In this document: piece by piece, positions 41,085 through 53,000 of the stretch | Layout of the letters: every line of letters starts with the position of its first letter | Numbering within the stretch: position 1 is the stretch's first letter | Made by a program: the position numbers and the translations under genes | Notes under the pieces: model-generated | Seen by the model: the letters and a program-made list of their open reading frames with translations, nothing else | What the model was told of the DNA's origin: nothing | The model's database searches: none | Assembly: GCA_964106915.2 (NCBI GenBank) | Contig: OZ066914.1 | Direction: 5' to 3' (one strand) | DNA: 64,000 nucleotides | From: Podarcis gaigeae | Taxonomy: Eukaryota

Positions 41085-42525
41085 TATAGGCTAAAGGCTT
41101 CTATTCCTTATTATAAATACATGGTAGGGCAGCAAGCGGGTTGTTTTGTAAGCAGCTTTGAGGATATGTGTGTGTCTGTTTAAGCAATCAAGCAATGAAT
41201 ACATTTTATGAAATATATAAAACAAAACAAGCACAACCCTAAATCTGCCCGTTTTAGGTCAAGTCAATTATTCTTGGAGATACCTTTTCTCCTCAGGTTC
41301 ATGAAAGTGCACCTGCATACATGGTTACCTGGGAAGAACATTTTGTGGATAGTGTCACTGATGTCCCTTCTAAATCAGGGCTGACTATTCTATTACTGTA
41401 TTGAGGCCCCACTCCTTTCATATTTTAATATCTTTTGGCCCTGGTACAACACTGAAATAAGAAGTTGCTGGGGCAGAAATAATCAATTTTATTTTACAAC
41501 AGCATAAGATACTAAGCTCTGGGATCAGATGACCAGCACACAGTTGCTCTCAAACTTTCTGTGTCCCAACTAGTGTCCAAAAGATCCAAAATCTCTTGGT
41601 GCCTCTATGATATGTCTCAATTTCCTAGTGGTGCTTGCAACAGATATTATTACAGTATTAAAAGTCTTTAACGGTTAGTCAAGAGTTGGAAAGAGTTAGT
41701 CTGAAAAGCTGTGTGTCTTGGAGAATTGTGCAGTAGTTCACTCACAATTGCACTGAGGTGCAACTGTGCATTAAAAATAATGACCAGATCAAGGAAGGTC
41801 AGTAAATGAAGGCTACGTCAACTGTTTCAGACTGACCAAAGGTGAAGGTGGGGCAGAAAGGTCACCAAACCAGTTGTGCTGGCTACAGAACACAGTCCCA
41901 GGGTCAAGTATAAGAAGATAACATCATTTGTCTACACTGCAAGCAGCAACATAACAACAGAGCAAGAGACAGCGGAAAAAACTTCTCACAAGTCATAATA
42001 GAGACACAGAAACCACAGGACAAAACAGGCTAGCTATTATTATTATTTTAATTACTTAAGGCTAGCTATTGAGTCATAAGGATTACACATGCACAAGAAG
42101 TTACAGCAAAGGAGGAAAAGGCTAGTGCGGGTGGGGGCCGACATGTGTCAAGAAAATCAATCGCCTGAATCTACTAGTCTTTAACTGGTGGATCTGGACC
42201 TGCAAGTGAGCACGTCCAGGGTATTTCCCCCCCCCCTCGGAAAAAAATAAAATCCTTTGACAGGCTATTAAAGTATTCCAAGAATTCTTTGAGATAAGTA
42301 CAGTATTAGTCCTGAGAGCAGAGCCACCATTCACTGCCAGGGGTTCATATGACGGGGTGAACCATTGTTCAGGCGCCGTTTCTGTTAGAAAAAACCCGTG
42401 TCAGCTCCCGCGTTCAGCAGGGCTGGCGGAGAAATGCAGCGGGGAAGATGCCAAGAGAGATAAGCCGCGCGACCCCGAGTGTTTCAGGAGGCCCCGGGGA
42501 TGCTGTCGGAACAGGGGGCGCTTAC

Positions 42526-42600
42526 CACTCTCCGGGCTGGAAAGCACACGAGGCGCCCCTGCTCCTCTCGCGGCGGACCTTCGCCCTCTGGCACACGTCA
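42526..42600 (-). other. ANKZF1: Putative non-coding first exon of ANKZF1 (5' end approximate)
   Basis: Minus-strand donor GTG|GTAAGC; would join the acceptor at 40541, 3 nt before the ATG. Confidence 0.65.
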
Positions 42601-42779
42601 CTTCCGTTTGTCAAGGACCCCGCCCCCTCCCGCCGGAGACAATCCTTTCCCCGCCCCGCCTCCTCCTCTTCCCCCCCCACCGCAGCTTTCCCATTGGCCC
42701 TCCCCGATCCCACCTCCTCGTCCTTTCCCGGCCTCCCATTGGCAGCGGAAAACGCCCGCCGGTCGGGACAAGGGAGGAG

Positions 42780-42789
42780 GCGAGTGGGG

Positions 42790-42833
<44 letters not shown>

Positions 42834-42902
42834 GCCTGGGAAGTCGCGGCGGCGGAGGAGGCTGAGCCCCGGGTCCGGTCACTAGGGGCGACTGTCCTGG
42901 AG
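42780..42902 (+). other. ATG9A: Putative non-coding first exon of ATG9A (5' end approximate)
   Basis: Donor GAG|GTGAGC at 42902/42903, downstream of two CCAAT boxes. Confidence 0.7.
42792..42825. repeat. (GA)17 microsatellite at or in ATG9A exon 1
   Basis: Read directly. Confidence 0.95.
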
Positions 42903-43400
42903 GTGAGCCGCGCAGCCGCCGCCGGGAAAGGGATGGCGGGGGGGGGGGGACGGGGACGTGGGCCTCGCCTTGGAATCCCCGCCGCGCCGCCTCCCTCCCG
43001 CTTCCCAAGTAAACAACCTCCGAGGAAGGCCCCTCCCGGCCCGGCTCAGCCAAAACAAAACAGCCTCGGAGGAGCTGCCTGGGGCCGCCCAAGGAAAAGA
43101 CCTCCCCCCCGTCCCTCTCTCCGCTGTGCCTGGCAGCGCTGCCTTTCCAACTCGGGAGGAGGGATCCGGCGAGTGGGCTGGCTCCCCTCCGGCTCAGCCC
43201 ATCCCAGGGGGTGAGAGGGTTAAGGTGCAACCCAAAGGGGGCCCTTCCTCACCTGGCGGAGCAGGCCGCCTCTCCCTGGATTCCCTCTCCTTTGATTCGC
43301 GGGCGCCGGGGGAGCAGAACCAGCTCCTTCTTCGCCAATCAACCTCACAAAAGGGGCCTGAAGCTGTTCCTGTTTCGGGTTGGAGAGTGTTGAGTGGAAC

Positions 43401-43661
43401 CAGTGCTGGATTTACCTATAAATTTTGGGGCCCCCCAAAATTTTAAAAGGAAAAAACACCGAAATATAAGATGAAAACAAATAAAACCCACATACAGCAA
43501 CAGTGTTTTGTGTTGTGTAGGGACCTGTTAGGTCCATAAATTACCATATAGCATATATTCAACACAAAAAACAGGAACAATTTGTTGCTGACAGCTGGAC
43601 ATATAAAGGGCCCCATTACCTTCAGTAGCTTAGGGCCTCAGCAAACCTAAATCCAACCCTG
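43401..43661. mobile_element. hAT-type MITE, 261 bp
   Basis: TIRs CAGTGCTGGATTTA / TAAATCCAACCCTG; 8-bp TSD AGTGGAAC / AGCGGAAC (1 transition). Confidence 0.85.
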
Positions 43662-43763
43662 AGCGGAACCAGCAGCCTCCAAGAGTCATCCTGCCAGCCG
43701 AACGGCCACATGCCCCTTGAAAGTCTCCATCTCCAGTGTACATCCTGCCTTTTTTCTTTTCAG

Positions 43764-43870
43764 GCGGGGGGAAAAAGCACATTGGGGATCCAAGGCTAGA
43801 GATGCCAGTCAGATGCCCAGAGCACAGCACAAGCAGGGGGTTCCTACAGCACTAGGGGTAGATGGAGCAG
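43764..43870 (+). other. ATG9A: Candidate 107-nt 5'UTR exon of ATG9A
   Basis: Strong acceptor (cctttttttcttttcag-like pyrimidine tract ending at 43763) and consensus donor CAG|GTGAGT. No transcript evidence available. Confidence 0.55.
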
Positions 43871-43882
43871 GTGAGTCTCTCG

Positions 43883-43908
<26 letters not shown>
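43883..43908. repeat. (GT)13 microsatellite
   Basis: Read directly. Confidence 0.95.
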
Positions 43909-43913
<5 letters not shown>

Positions 43914-45104
43914 CCATGTGCATAGGTGTTGCTTCAAGAGGGATTTATTTTGCCATTTGTTTTTGTCTGTCTGAATTGTAGTAGCTTACACCAAGTAAGA
44001 TGGGTGTGCCCTTCCTGTAGCTGTAGGCACTGCATCTACATGAGTCAAAGTACAGGGTAAATAAGGAGAAATATTTAAAATAGGTGTGGTTGTTTTTATT
44101 TTCAAAAGTGGCAATAATATTTGTACATGCTCTGAATGAAGAAAAATCATTTGACATGCTGTTACAGTATCCCAAGGATCCTTTAATCCAAGTGTGGGTT
44201 GAAACTTTGTAGTAGTCCATGGGTGAATCACTGATTTCTGGTTGGCCTGCTGGTTGGTAGAATTCTTGCCAAGAATGTGGGAGTAGGCTAACTCTGGTCT
44301 TATCCAACAATACATGTCTTATCTACTAAGGCAAGAATGGATACGTTGGATCGCTAGTTGAAAAAAAATAGAGAAGTCACACGTGACTGTAGTCCGCCCA
44401 TGTTCTAGTCATGACAGACAGTTAAAATTTCTAAATATCCTAAATGATTGTGCTGTAGAACATTTGGTCATGGAACTTATCTGAGATGCGACCCTGAACT
44501 TACTTGTAAGTGGTGCCAGTACTTTGTGCAATATTTAAGTGTTGTTCAGCTAGTTGGAAACAGGAACCAAAGAGTTATCAAATTCAACATATATGTAAGC
44601 AGAGTAGAGAATGGCTAAGGATGTCCACAGTCACATATGACTTCAAAAAATCAAATCTCGAAAATGAAATGATTGGTTGAAAGTCAAGTTGAAAGGGAAA
44701 GACTAGAGGGTCAAATCTCTCCAAAACATATTGGTGTTATTCAGAATCACAAGAATAGAAGCATAGCTTGAATATATACTGCAAGTCAGGGAAGATGCTA
44801 GTGTAATAGAAGCAAGGAAGCTGTTAGAGGCAATAAGGCTTCTTCCTTCCTTTCACAAAATGGGAGGTCTTGCTCAATTAAGGAGAACAAAATGGAACAC
44901 ATGCTTGCAAAACAAATTCAAAAAAGAAAGTAAGTTTTGAGGCGCATATAGCTAAAAATATTAAGATCAACAATAAAAAATATTATTAAAAGTGTGTGTG
45001 ACAGATGTGAAAAGGGAAAATTACGTGCCAATGATTCTGTCTGTCACATCCCATAATAGGATACTGTAGAGCTGGAAAGTGTGGAAAAGCTAAATCAAAA
45101 ACAT

Positions 45105-45470
45105 TGAGTAACTTTTTTAGTTTTAAAAAAGGTGAGTAAAGGGGGAGCATGTCAGAGGGAGATAAAATTATACATGTGAAGCAAGTGGATAGAGAGAACT
45201 TTTCTCTTGCTCTGTCATAGTGCTGGAGTCTGAGGCCATTCAGTGAGGTGGGAGATTCAGGACTGATAAAGGGAAGTACTTCACACACCTGCAAAATTGA
45301 AATTTGTTACCATAGGATGTAGTGAAAGCCATAAACTTAGAGAGCTTTAAAAAAGGATTTGACAAATTCATGGGGATAAGGCTACTATTCACAATGTCTA
45401 TATACTACCACCTGGATCAGAGGCAGCAGGCCTACAACTGGTAAGTTGTAGGGGGAACAGCAGCAGAAGA
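45105..45470 (+). mobile_element. CR1-type LINE 3' fragment
   Basis: gtggatagagagaacttttctc ... ggatgtagtgaaagcc ... tttaaaaaaggatttgacaaattcatgg; typical CR1 ORF2 end. Confidence 0.7.
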
Positions 45471-47003
45471 ACAACCCTGAGTAATTGCCCCCTTTGCCTA
45501 CTTTTTCTGACCCTCTCTAGCAAGTTGCTGTGTGGCAGGAACCTTAATGATTAAATAACTGAAAATGCTGAGTTGCAATGAGGATGAGACTAAAAGACAG
45601 TGAAAATGAAAAGGTCACTGAATGCAAACCTCAAAAACTTAGTTCCTTTTCTTGATCCCTTGAGACAGAAGGAGAGTCAACCTGAGAGAGAATCTCTCTT
45701 GATTACACTCCCTCATGTACACACACACCTCCCAGAAGGGTAGATTCTCCCACTGATAATTGCCTTTCACTCCACCCAGATGTCACTAAAATCCTCCTCA
45801 TTATATCACTGGACCCCTTCCTTGTACCTAGCAGACTAGAGATCTCCAGACCTTACTTTATGGTAGTTTGAGCATCAGTCTGTGTCTTTCAGTCACCCCT
45901 CCAACAACTGTCCATGCAACTCCATGTCACTCTCAAGGTACACCTTTAACACAGTGCTGGGTGCCAGATCAAGAAGCCTGATAAGGGTTCTGTCACCCAG
46001 TAGCATGAAGTGTGGTTCCCCAAAGAGCTGAAGTCACTAGGGCATAGAATTCCTGGCCCTAGTTATGGTCTTGGTCCTGGTCTTTACCTCAGCTGAGCCT
46101 CACCTTTGGCAAATTCTATCTTCCCGGGGTCTCATAGCTCCACCACTTAATTTTACACCTTGTAGCATAGGAACTCTTGCTTTTCTCTAGACTAGAAGTT
46201 TGAATGTGTTAGAATATTGGCTATAAAATGCACCTTTGAGTTTGCATATATGTTGTGCTTTACTATGAATCTGTTTTGAAAATATGCATGTGAATGCATG
46301 CATACACAGGTTCTCAGATACACAAGAGCATGTGATTGTGACACCGTGGGTACAGAATACTAGACTGGCTAAAGTTTTTTTATTTCACTTTTTTTATTAT
46401 ATTGCATTTTTTACTTCTGGTATAGAAAGAATGCTAGAACAGTAGGCTAAAATGAAAGTGAAGCTGAAGTTCTTCTAAACCCCAACTAGATAGGTTTCCT
46501 TTAGTTGAAACGTTGTACTTTCCTTTGTGTGTGGGAAGATGGATATACTTGCAACGGTATGTATCAAGACCCTGCTCTGCCTGTTCATGAAATTAAATGT
46601 ATAATAATAATAATAAGAGCAACAACTTTGTTGCAGACAACAGTTTGTAAATATGATGTAAAGCAAAGTCTCAAAACCCAGAATAGGTTTGGGCAGGATG
46701 TTTCATGATCAGGCAGTGTTTCCTGCAATGCTCTCACCACCAATAATTATTTCCTACTTCTTAATTTGTGCTGCTTTTGTCTCCTGCTGCTTTCCTCTCT
46801 CCACTCTTTTCCTTCCTTGCCCTCTGTTATTTGGTCCCCACCAAAAGCTTCCAGTTCCTTTTAAAGGGTAAAACTAAAATGAAATGAGGCTCCCAACCCA
46901 ACTGATGCCTTCTAGTTATGTCTTTAATGCTACTTTTTTTTACACTGTCTTTCCCCCCCTCAGAGCCTGTGTGACGTTGGATGAGGCCCAGCTCAGTGAC
47001 AAC

Positions 47004-50000
47004 ATGGCTCACTTTGATACAGAGTATCAGCGGCTGGAGGCCTCCTACAATGATTCTCCCCCGGGAGAAGAGGACCTGATGGTTCATGTTGCCGAGGGCA
47101 GCAAATGTGAGTGCAGCTGTGAGTGGCCAGCCTTGGGGCCAAGCACCCCACAAATCAGTGCTGATGGTGCCTGGGACTGGTGAAAGTCTAATCTGAACAG
47201 GAAGCGGAATTGTGGGATTCTGGCTCTGTTTCTGGGGAAACTGCATTTGCTGTGCAGCATGTTTTCAAGCATGCCTGTTCCTGGGAAGCAGCAGCAGCAG
47301 TAGGAGAAGGCAGTTGCATTATTGTATTGCTTGTGGATTTCCCAGAGGCATGTGACTGGCCACTGTGGGACTAGACGGGCCTTTGGTCTTATGTTCTTAC
47401 TAAGTTCCCATGAAATTGAGCAAGGCTTTCTTTCTAGAAAGTGTGTTTAGGGTTCAGCTTTGAACTTTTGTTCTTAAACAATTGGGCTTGGATGGGGCCA
47501 TGGGATGCTGTGTCGCAGCTCCCTCTCCCTCTGGCTTCTTTTTGCTGGGTTGAATATTAGGATTCTTTTTTCACTTTGTCTGTCTTGCAGCTCCCTGGCA
47601 CCACATTGAGAATCTGGACCTCTTTTTCTCTCGTATATCCTTACCTGAAGGGCCGGGATAGTTGTATCCCAGCTGTTGGGATTGGGGGTGGGGGCTCAGT
47701 TGCAGCAGAGCTGGGAACCCTTTACAAGGTTCCTTGTGGCCCATTAAACACTCCAAGAGGCAAAGGACCTTTCCGTATCAGTTCAGGAACAAAGGATAGC
47801 ATAATAAAGAACCAGCCTCTGGAACCCATACAGGTTTACAGGCCAGACAGCAACAAAAACAATACAAGGAGATTTGTAATCACCCCTTCAAATGAAATTC
47901 TTTACGGCAGAAAGTTTCTGACTCTTTCCTCCTGATGGTGGCTAATCGTGACTTAATAGCATGGCAGGTTGAACTGGAAAAGGAGATGCTTCCTGCTCAT
48001 GGGAGACTAGTCTCTGGTGAAACTAAGGGTGGGTACTGCAACCAATATTCTGAGCAATTCTCTTTGACTGTACCCCTCACGTCTATAACCTGCACCAGAA
48101 GAATGGCTTCACCTGTATGCTCATCAGTGAGATCTTTGAATTAATGTGAGTATGAACTCCATGTCTCTTCCAGTAAAACAGGATTGGAAGTGGACATTCA
48201 TTGCATTTCCATGGGCACCTTGTCAGAGGTGAAAAAAAGAGTTTTGGGTTTCCTGCTGGAACTAGTGATCCTTCCCTGGCCCCAATTCCCTGTCATTCAG
48301 GTTGATAGGAAAACAAATCCTACTCCTGATTCTCTTTATGCAAGATGTCTCTGGTATGAAGGATTTAGACAGCTGGCGCCTTTTGCTGGCCCAGATAATT
48401 TGAAGATGGGAGCGGGGAAGGGAAGGCTGAGTGCCTCCTAGTGCGACACATCTTCTCTTCTCACAGGCAGTTCATCTTTGTTGTGGCCTTCACCACATTC
48501 CTTGTCAGCTGTGTTGACTACGATATCCTGTTTGCTAACAAGCTGGTGAATCACAGCCAGCATTCCAGTGACCCTGTCAAGGTGACCCTGCCAGATGCCT
48601 TCTTGCCTCCCAATGAGTGCAGTGCCAGGTAAAGTTAGCAAGGACTATCCTTTCCTAAATTTGACCACATCCTAGCCCATCTTGGTCGGGTCTAAAATCC
48701 AAGAGGCCTCCTGGATGCCTACTTTGCATTTTAAGTCACACTCAATCGTAGCTGTAGGCTCGGAAATGTAGTTCTTGCAAGGTGAGCGTTGCTGTCAAAA
48801 CTGCTTTCAGATGTTTACTTCTATATCTGCCAAATCTGGGGTCTCCAGTGTTAACCTAATGCCATTGATAAATTCGGGCCCCTGACGAGCCAGCTGGACT
48901 TTTAATATACTAGACAATCTTTGGCCCCTTGTGGATTAACTGTGAGAGAAAGCTTTGAGTTCACATTTGTAGCTGTACCCATCTTCACTCAGATTTTCCA
49001 GCCCAGTTGCCCATTAGTACAGTTTAATGCATCTCAGCACTGCATAGCCTTGCACCCACCTGAAGTGCCTGAATTCTAGCAGTCTGAGAAGGAGGGGTTG
49101 GCACATGCTTTGGAAAGAACTGAAACGACCAGAAGGGAGGTGACTGCTTCTTCCTTTCGGTGAATCCATCTTTCTCATAGGATCCAGGCCAATGGCTTTC
49201 TCATCTCTATCCTGGTGATTGCGGGGGTCTTCTGGATCCATCGGCTGATTAAATTCATCTACAACATTTGCTGCTATTGGGAAATCCACTCTTTTTACAT
49301 TAATGCTCTCAAGATTCCCATGGTAAGCTGCTGTGCTCTGGGAACTGTTAGACATGCATGCACAAATCTACACACTGTGCTATTGATAGGGAATGTTGAC
49401 ACCTTAGCAATATAGTTCTGATTACCTGATTACAAGCAAATCAGTACTGCCATATCCTGCCCCCACTTTTTGTTTGCAACCTTCCCAGGAGTGTTTGACT
49501 GACTGTTACTGGAGACAGAATGCTGGACCAACATGACTTTTGGTTTGACCCAGAATAACATTTGGGTTGATCCTGCAATTCAGTTCTTAGTGTCTCATGT
49601 TCTTTTCGAAGCAGTGAGAGGCCTGCAGATAATACCTATTGCTTCTTCTCCTTTAAGGGAAAAATCTTCCACTCCTGAATCTTCCTCTGTCCCTTATTGA
49701 CCTTCTTCCAGAGTTGTACACTGCTGCTGATCTTTCTGGTCTGCTGCTAATCCCATGGTTGCTCAATCTGACTTGCTTGGTTGAGTGGCAGGGCTAGTAT
49801 GTTCTGCAGCTGTCATTGTCTGGTTTGCCAGTGTTTGTTATTTGGTCCTTGCCCAAGAGTGTTAGAAGTTGAGTCTCTGCTTAACCAATTCCCTTCCCCT
49901 TTTTCAGGAGTGGGGAAAGTTTTTGTTTGTTAAATTTGTTAGTCACTTTATCTTTCCCAAGAGAACTCAAAGCAACAAACAACCAAATGGACAAAAAAAA

Positions 50001-53000
50001 ACCCTATCCCTAGATACATCAAAACCATTGTGGGGTGGGGGGAGAAATACATTAAAAACCTACCCACTTCTAAAAGGCCACAAATAGTTAAAGGCCAAAG
50101 GCCTGGATATGAAGGAAAGTTTTTGCCTGGCACATAAAGATATATAATGATGGCACCAGGTGAACCACTCTGTGGAGAGCATTCCACAAAGGAGGAGCCA
50201 CCAAAGAAAAGCCTCATCTTCATGTTGCTACCCTCTGGATCTCTTGTGGAGGGGGGACATGAAGAAGCACTTTAGATGATGACTGCAGGGTCCAGGTTAG
50301 TTCATATGGGAAGAGATGGTCCTTGAGGTGTTGCGGTCCTGAGATGTTTGAGGCTTTATATGTCAAAATTGGGCCCAGAAACTAATTGGCAACCAGTACC
50401 GTCAGGCCAAGATTGGTGTTACATGCTCAAACTGTCCTGCCTTGTTGAGCAACCTGGCCACTGAATCCCGCAACAGCTGAAGTTTCCGAAATGTCTCAGA
50501 GACAGTCCCATGTGCATTGCAGTAATCTAACCTAGAGGTTGCCAGAGCATAGACAAGAGAAGTTAGGCTATCCCTGTCCAGTTGGGGTCACAGCTGAGCC
50601 ACCAGCCAAAGCTGATGGAAAGCACTCCATGCCACTGAGGCCACCTGAGCCTCAAGTAACACCAATGGATCCTGAATTATCCCCAAGTTGTGTACCTGCT
50701 CCTTCAGAAGGGAATGTATCCCATCAAGAGGATTAGCCTTGTCACAGCACTAACCTCACCATCCCTCTTTGCCTGCAGTCCAATTTGCCCTACTACACAT
50801 GGCAGGAGGTGCAGGCACGGATTGTCCAAATCCAGAAGGAACACCAGATCTGCATCCATAAGAAGGAGCTGACAGAACTGGACATCTACCACCGCATCCT
50901 GCGTTTCAAGAACTACATGGTGGCCATGGTGAACAAGTCGCTATTGCCTATGCGCTTCCACCTTCCCCTACTGGGCGATACAATCTTCTATACGCGTGGC
51001 CTCAAGTACAACTTTGAGCTCATCTTCTTCTGGGGCCCTGGCTCACTCTTTGAGAATGAGTGGAGTCTCAAGGCCGAGTACAAGCGAGGCAGCAACCGCC
51101 TGGAGCTGGCTGAAAAGCTGGGCACCCGCATCCTCTGGATTGGCATTGCTAATTTTCTGCTCTGTCCGCTCATCCTCATCTGGCAGATCCTCTACGCCTT
51201 CTTCAGCTACACAGAGATTCTGAAGCGAGAGCCAGGAAGCTTGGGGGCTCGTTGCTGGTCCCTCTACGGCCGCTGCTACCTGCGGCACTTCAATGAGCTG
51301 GACCACGAGTTGCACTCGCGCCTCAGCAAGGGCTACAAGCCAGCCTCCAAGTACATGAACTGCTTCATTTCACCTCTGTTCACTGTCGTGGCTAAGAATG
51401 TGGCCTTCTTTGCTGGCTCCATCCTCGCTGTCCTCATTGCCCTCACAATTTATGATGAAGACGTGCTTGCTGTGGAGCATGTCCTCACCACAGTCACCAT
51501 CCTGGGTGTGGCTGTCACTGTCTGCAGGTGAGTTGAGATTGGCTGCGAACAGAAGGGTTTTTGTTTCTGTTCTCTGAGTCTTGGCATCAACGGGGTGGTT
51601 GCCATTATTCTGAGGAGCACCCAATCAAAGAATTGACAGGTGGAAATTAAAAGCATTCTGCTTACCAAAAATTGCATTAAGCTACAAAAGTTTTTCTGCT
51701 GGGTCTCCCACTGAGGAAGTTACTGGGAGATGAATTGCCTGTGCTGCCTTTTCCTTCTGTGGCAATGATAGCTAGGACACTTGAGGAAATTGATTAAGCT
51801 TAACAACCCACGTTTTTCAGCTCTGCAAAACTGGTTGCTTCCCTGGTTTAGTGATCTCAGTGATGGTGGTGCCTTGGAGTTGTTTAAACTGTGACATCTG
51901 CAATGAGAGGGCCCCTGGGATGATTCGAGGCAAAGCCTGGTTTTTCTAGAATAGTGCAACCTTAGACTTACCTTTCAGTTTTTGCCTGGATCAAGCAAGG
52001 ACAGAGCTTCTATCTGTCCATGAAGAATGTGACAGGCACTGCTTGAAGGTAATACTCTGGGGTGAGTCACAAACTAGGGTAAGCGGACAGAAAAGGAGAA
52101 AAAGGAGTTGGAAACATCAGCTCAGCTTGATATCTGAGAGATGAAACAACGGTGGGGGTGGCATAGCAGGTATAGCTGCTGGTTAAACAGAGTTAGCTGT
52201 GCTGTATATTGATGTGCAGTAAAAATCAACCTGATACTTCCTATGTTGTAATTGATAGTTGATCAGCTTCTGACATTTTAGATTGATGTAACCTGCCACT
52301 GACTTAATGTTGAATAGGAGTCTAAGAAATCCAGAATCTAGGAATTTGGCTGATCACTGAGTCTGTGAGGAATTGTTGCAACCTTGTTTTAGAGGCAAAC
52401 AGGCATCACACTCTTTTATCAAAGGCAGACTGAACAGTTCTGTACTGCAAATAAGGATATAAATAAGTACAGAAATGTGTGAAATTATCATCTACCTCCA
52501 CAGTGAACCAGTTTGTTAAAGCTGAACCTACTATATCCGACCCATAAATAGTTTATCTCACTACACTCCTCTGTGTTCATCTTTCCATGAAGAGGGAACA
52601 TGGGGCTGGGGACCCTAGAACATAAGGTGCCTGTCTGCTTGCTTTTATGAAGGAATGTAGCTCTCCTTGACACCTGTCCCATCTGTCTTGCAGATCCTTC
52701 ATCCCAGACCAGCACCTGGTCTTCTGCCCAGAGCAGTTGCTTCGGGTGATTCTGGCGCACATCCACTACATGCCTGACCACTGGCAGGGCAACGCCCACC
52801 GCTATGAAACCCGAGATGAATTCTCCCAACTCTTCCAGTACAAGGCGGTGAGGTGGGGCAGGGTAGGGTGGGAGGAAATCATATAAGAGCTGCCCTTTGC
52901 ATAAACCCTGACTAGATCCAAGCATGTATTGTCCGTAGAGTTCCCCCCAAAATGGGGGAGGTTTTCTGACCCCAGGGCATGTGGGAGGAAAGAATCCCTG

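Larger units (their letters stand above)
42370..43320. promoter_or_regulatory. CpG island / bidirectional promoter for ANKZF1 (-) and ATG9A (+)
   Basis: CpG-dense. Overlapping ETS-CRE motif at 42594-42606, GC boxes, inverted CCAAT boxes at 42693-42697 and 42738-42742. Outward-facing donors at 42526/42525 (-) and 42902/42903 (+). Confidence 0.88.

Noticed and set aside
42357-43446. Long overlapping ORFs (285, 210 and 162 aa) on both strands
   Set aside because: Stop-poor GC-rich CpG island plus (GA)n; low-complexity translations that cross first-exon donors.
47633-47634. GT donor two bases before the AT-AC intron
   Set aside because: No nearby AG gives an in-frame conserved protein; the U12 consensus explains the junction exactly.
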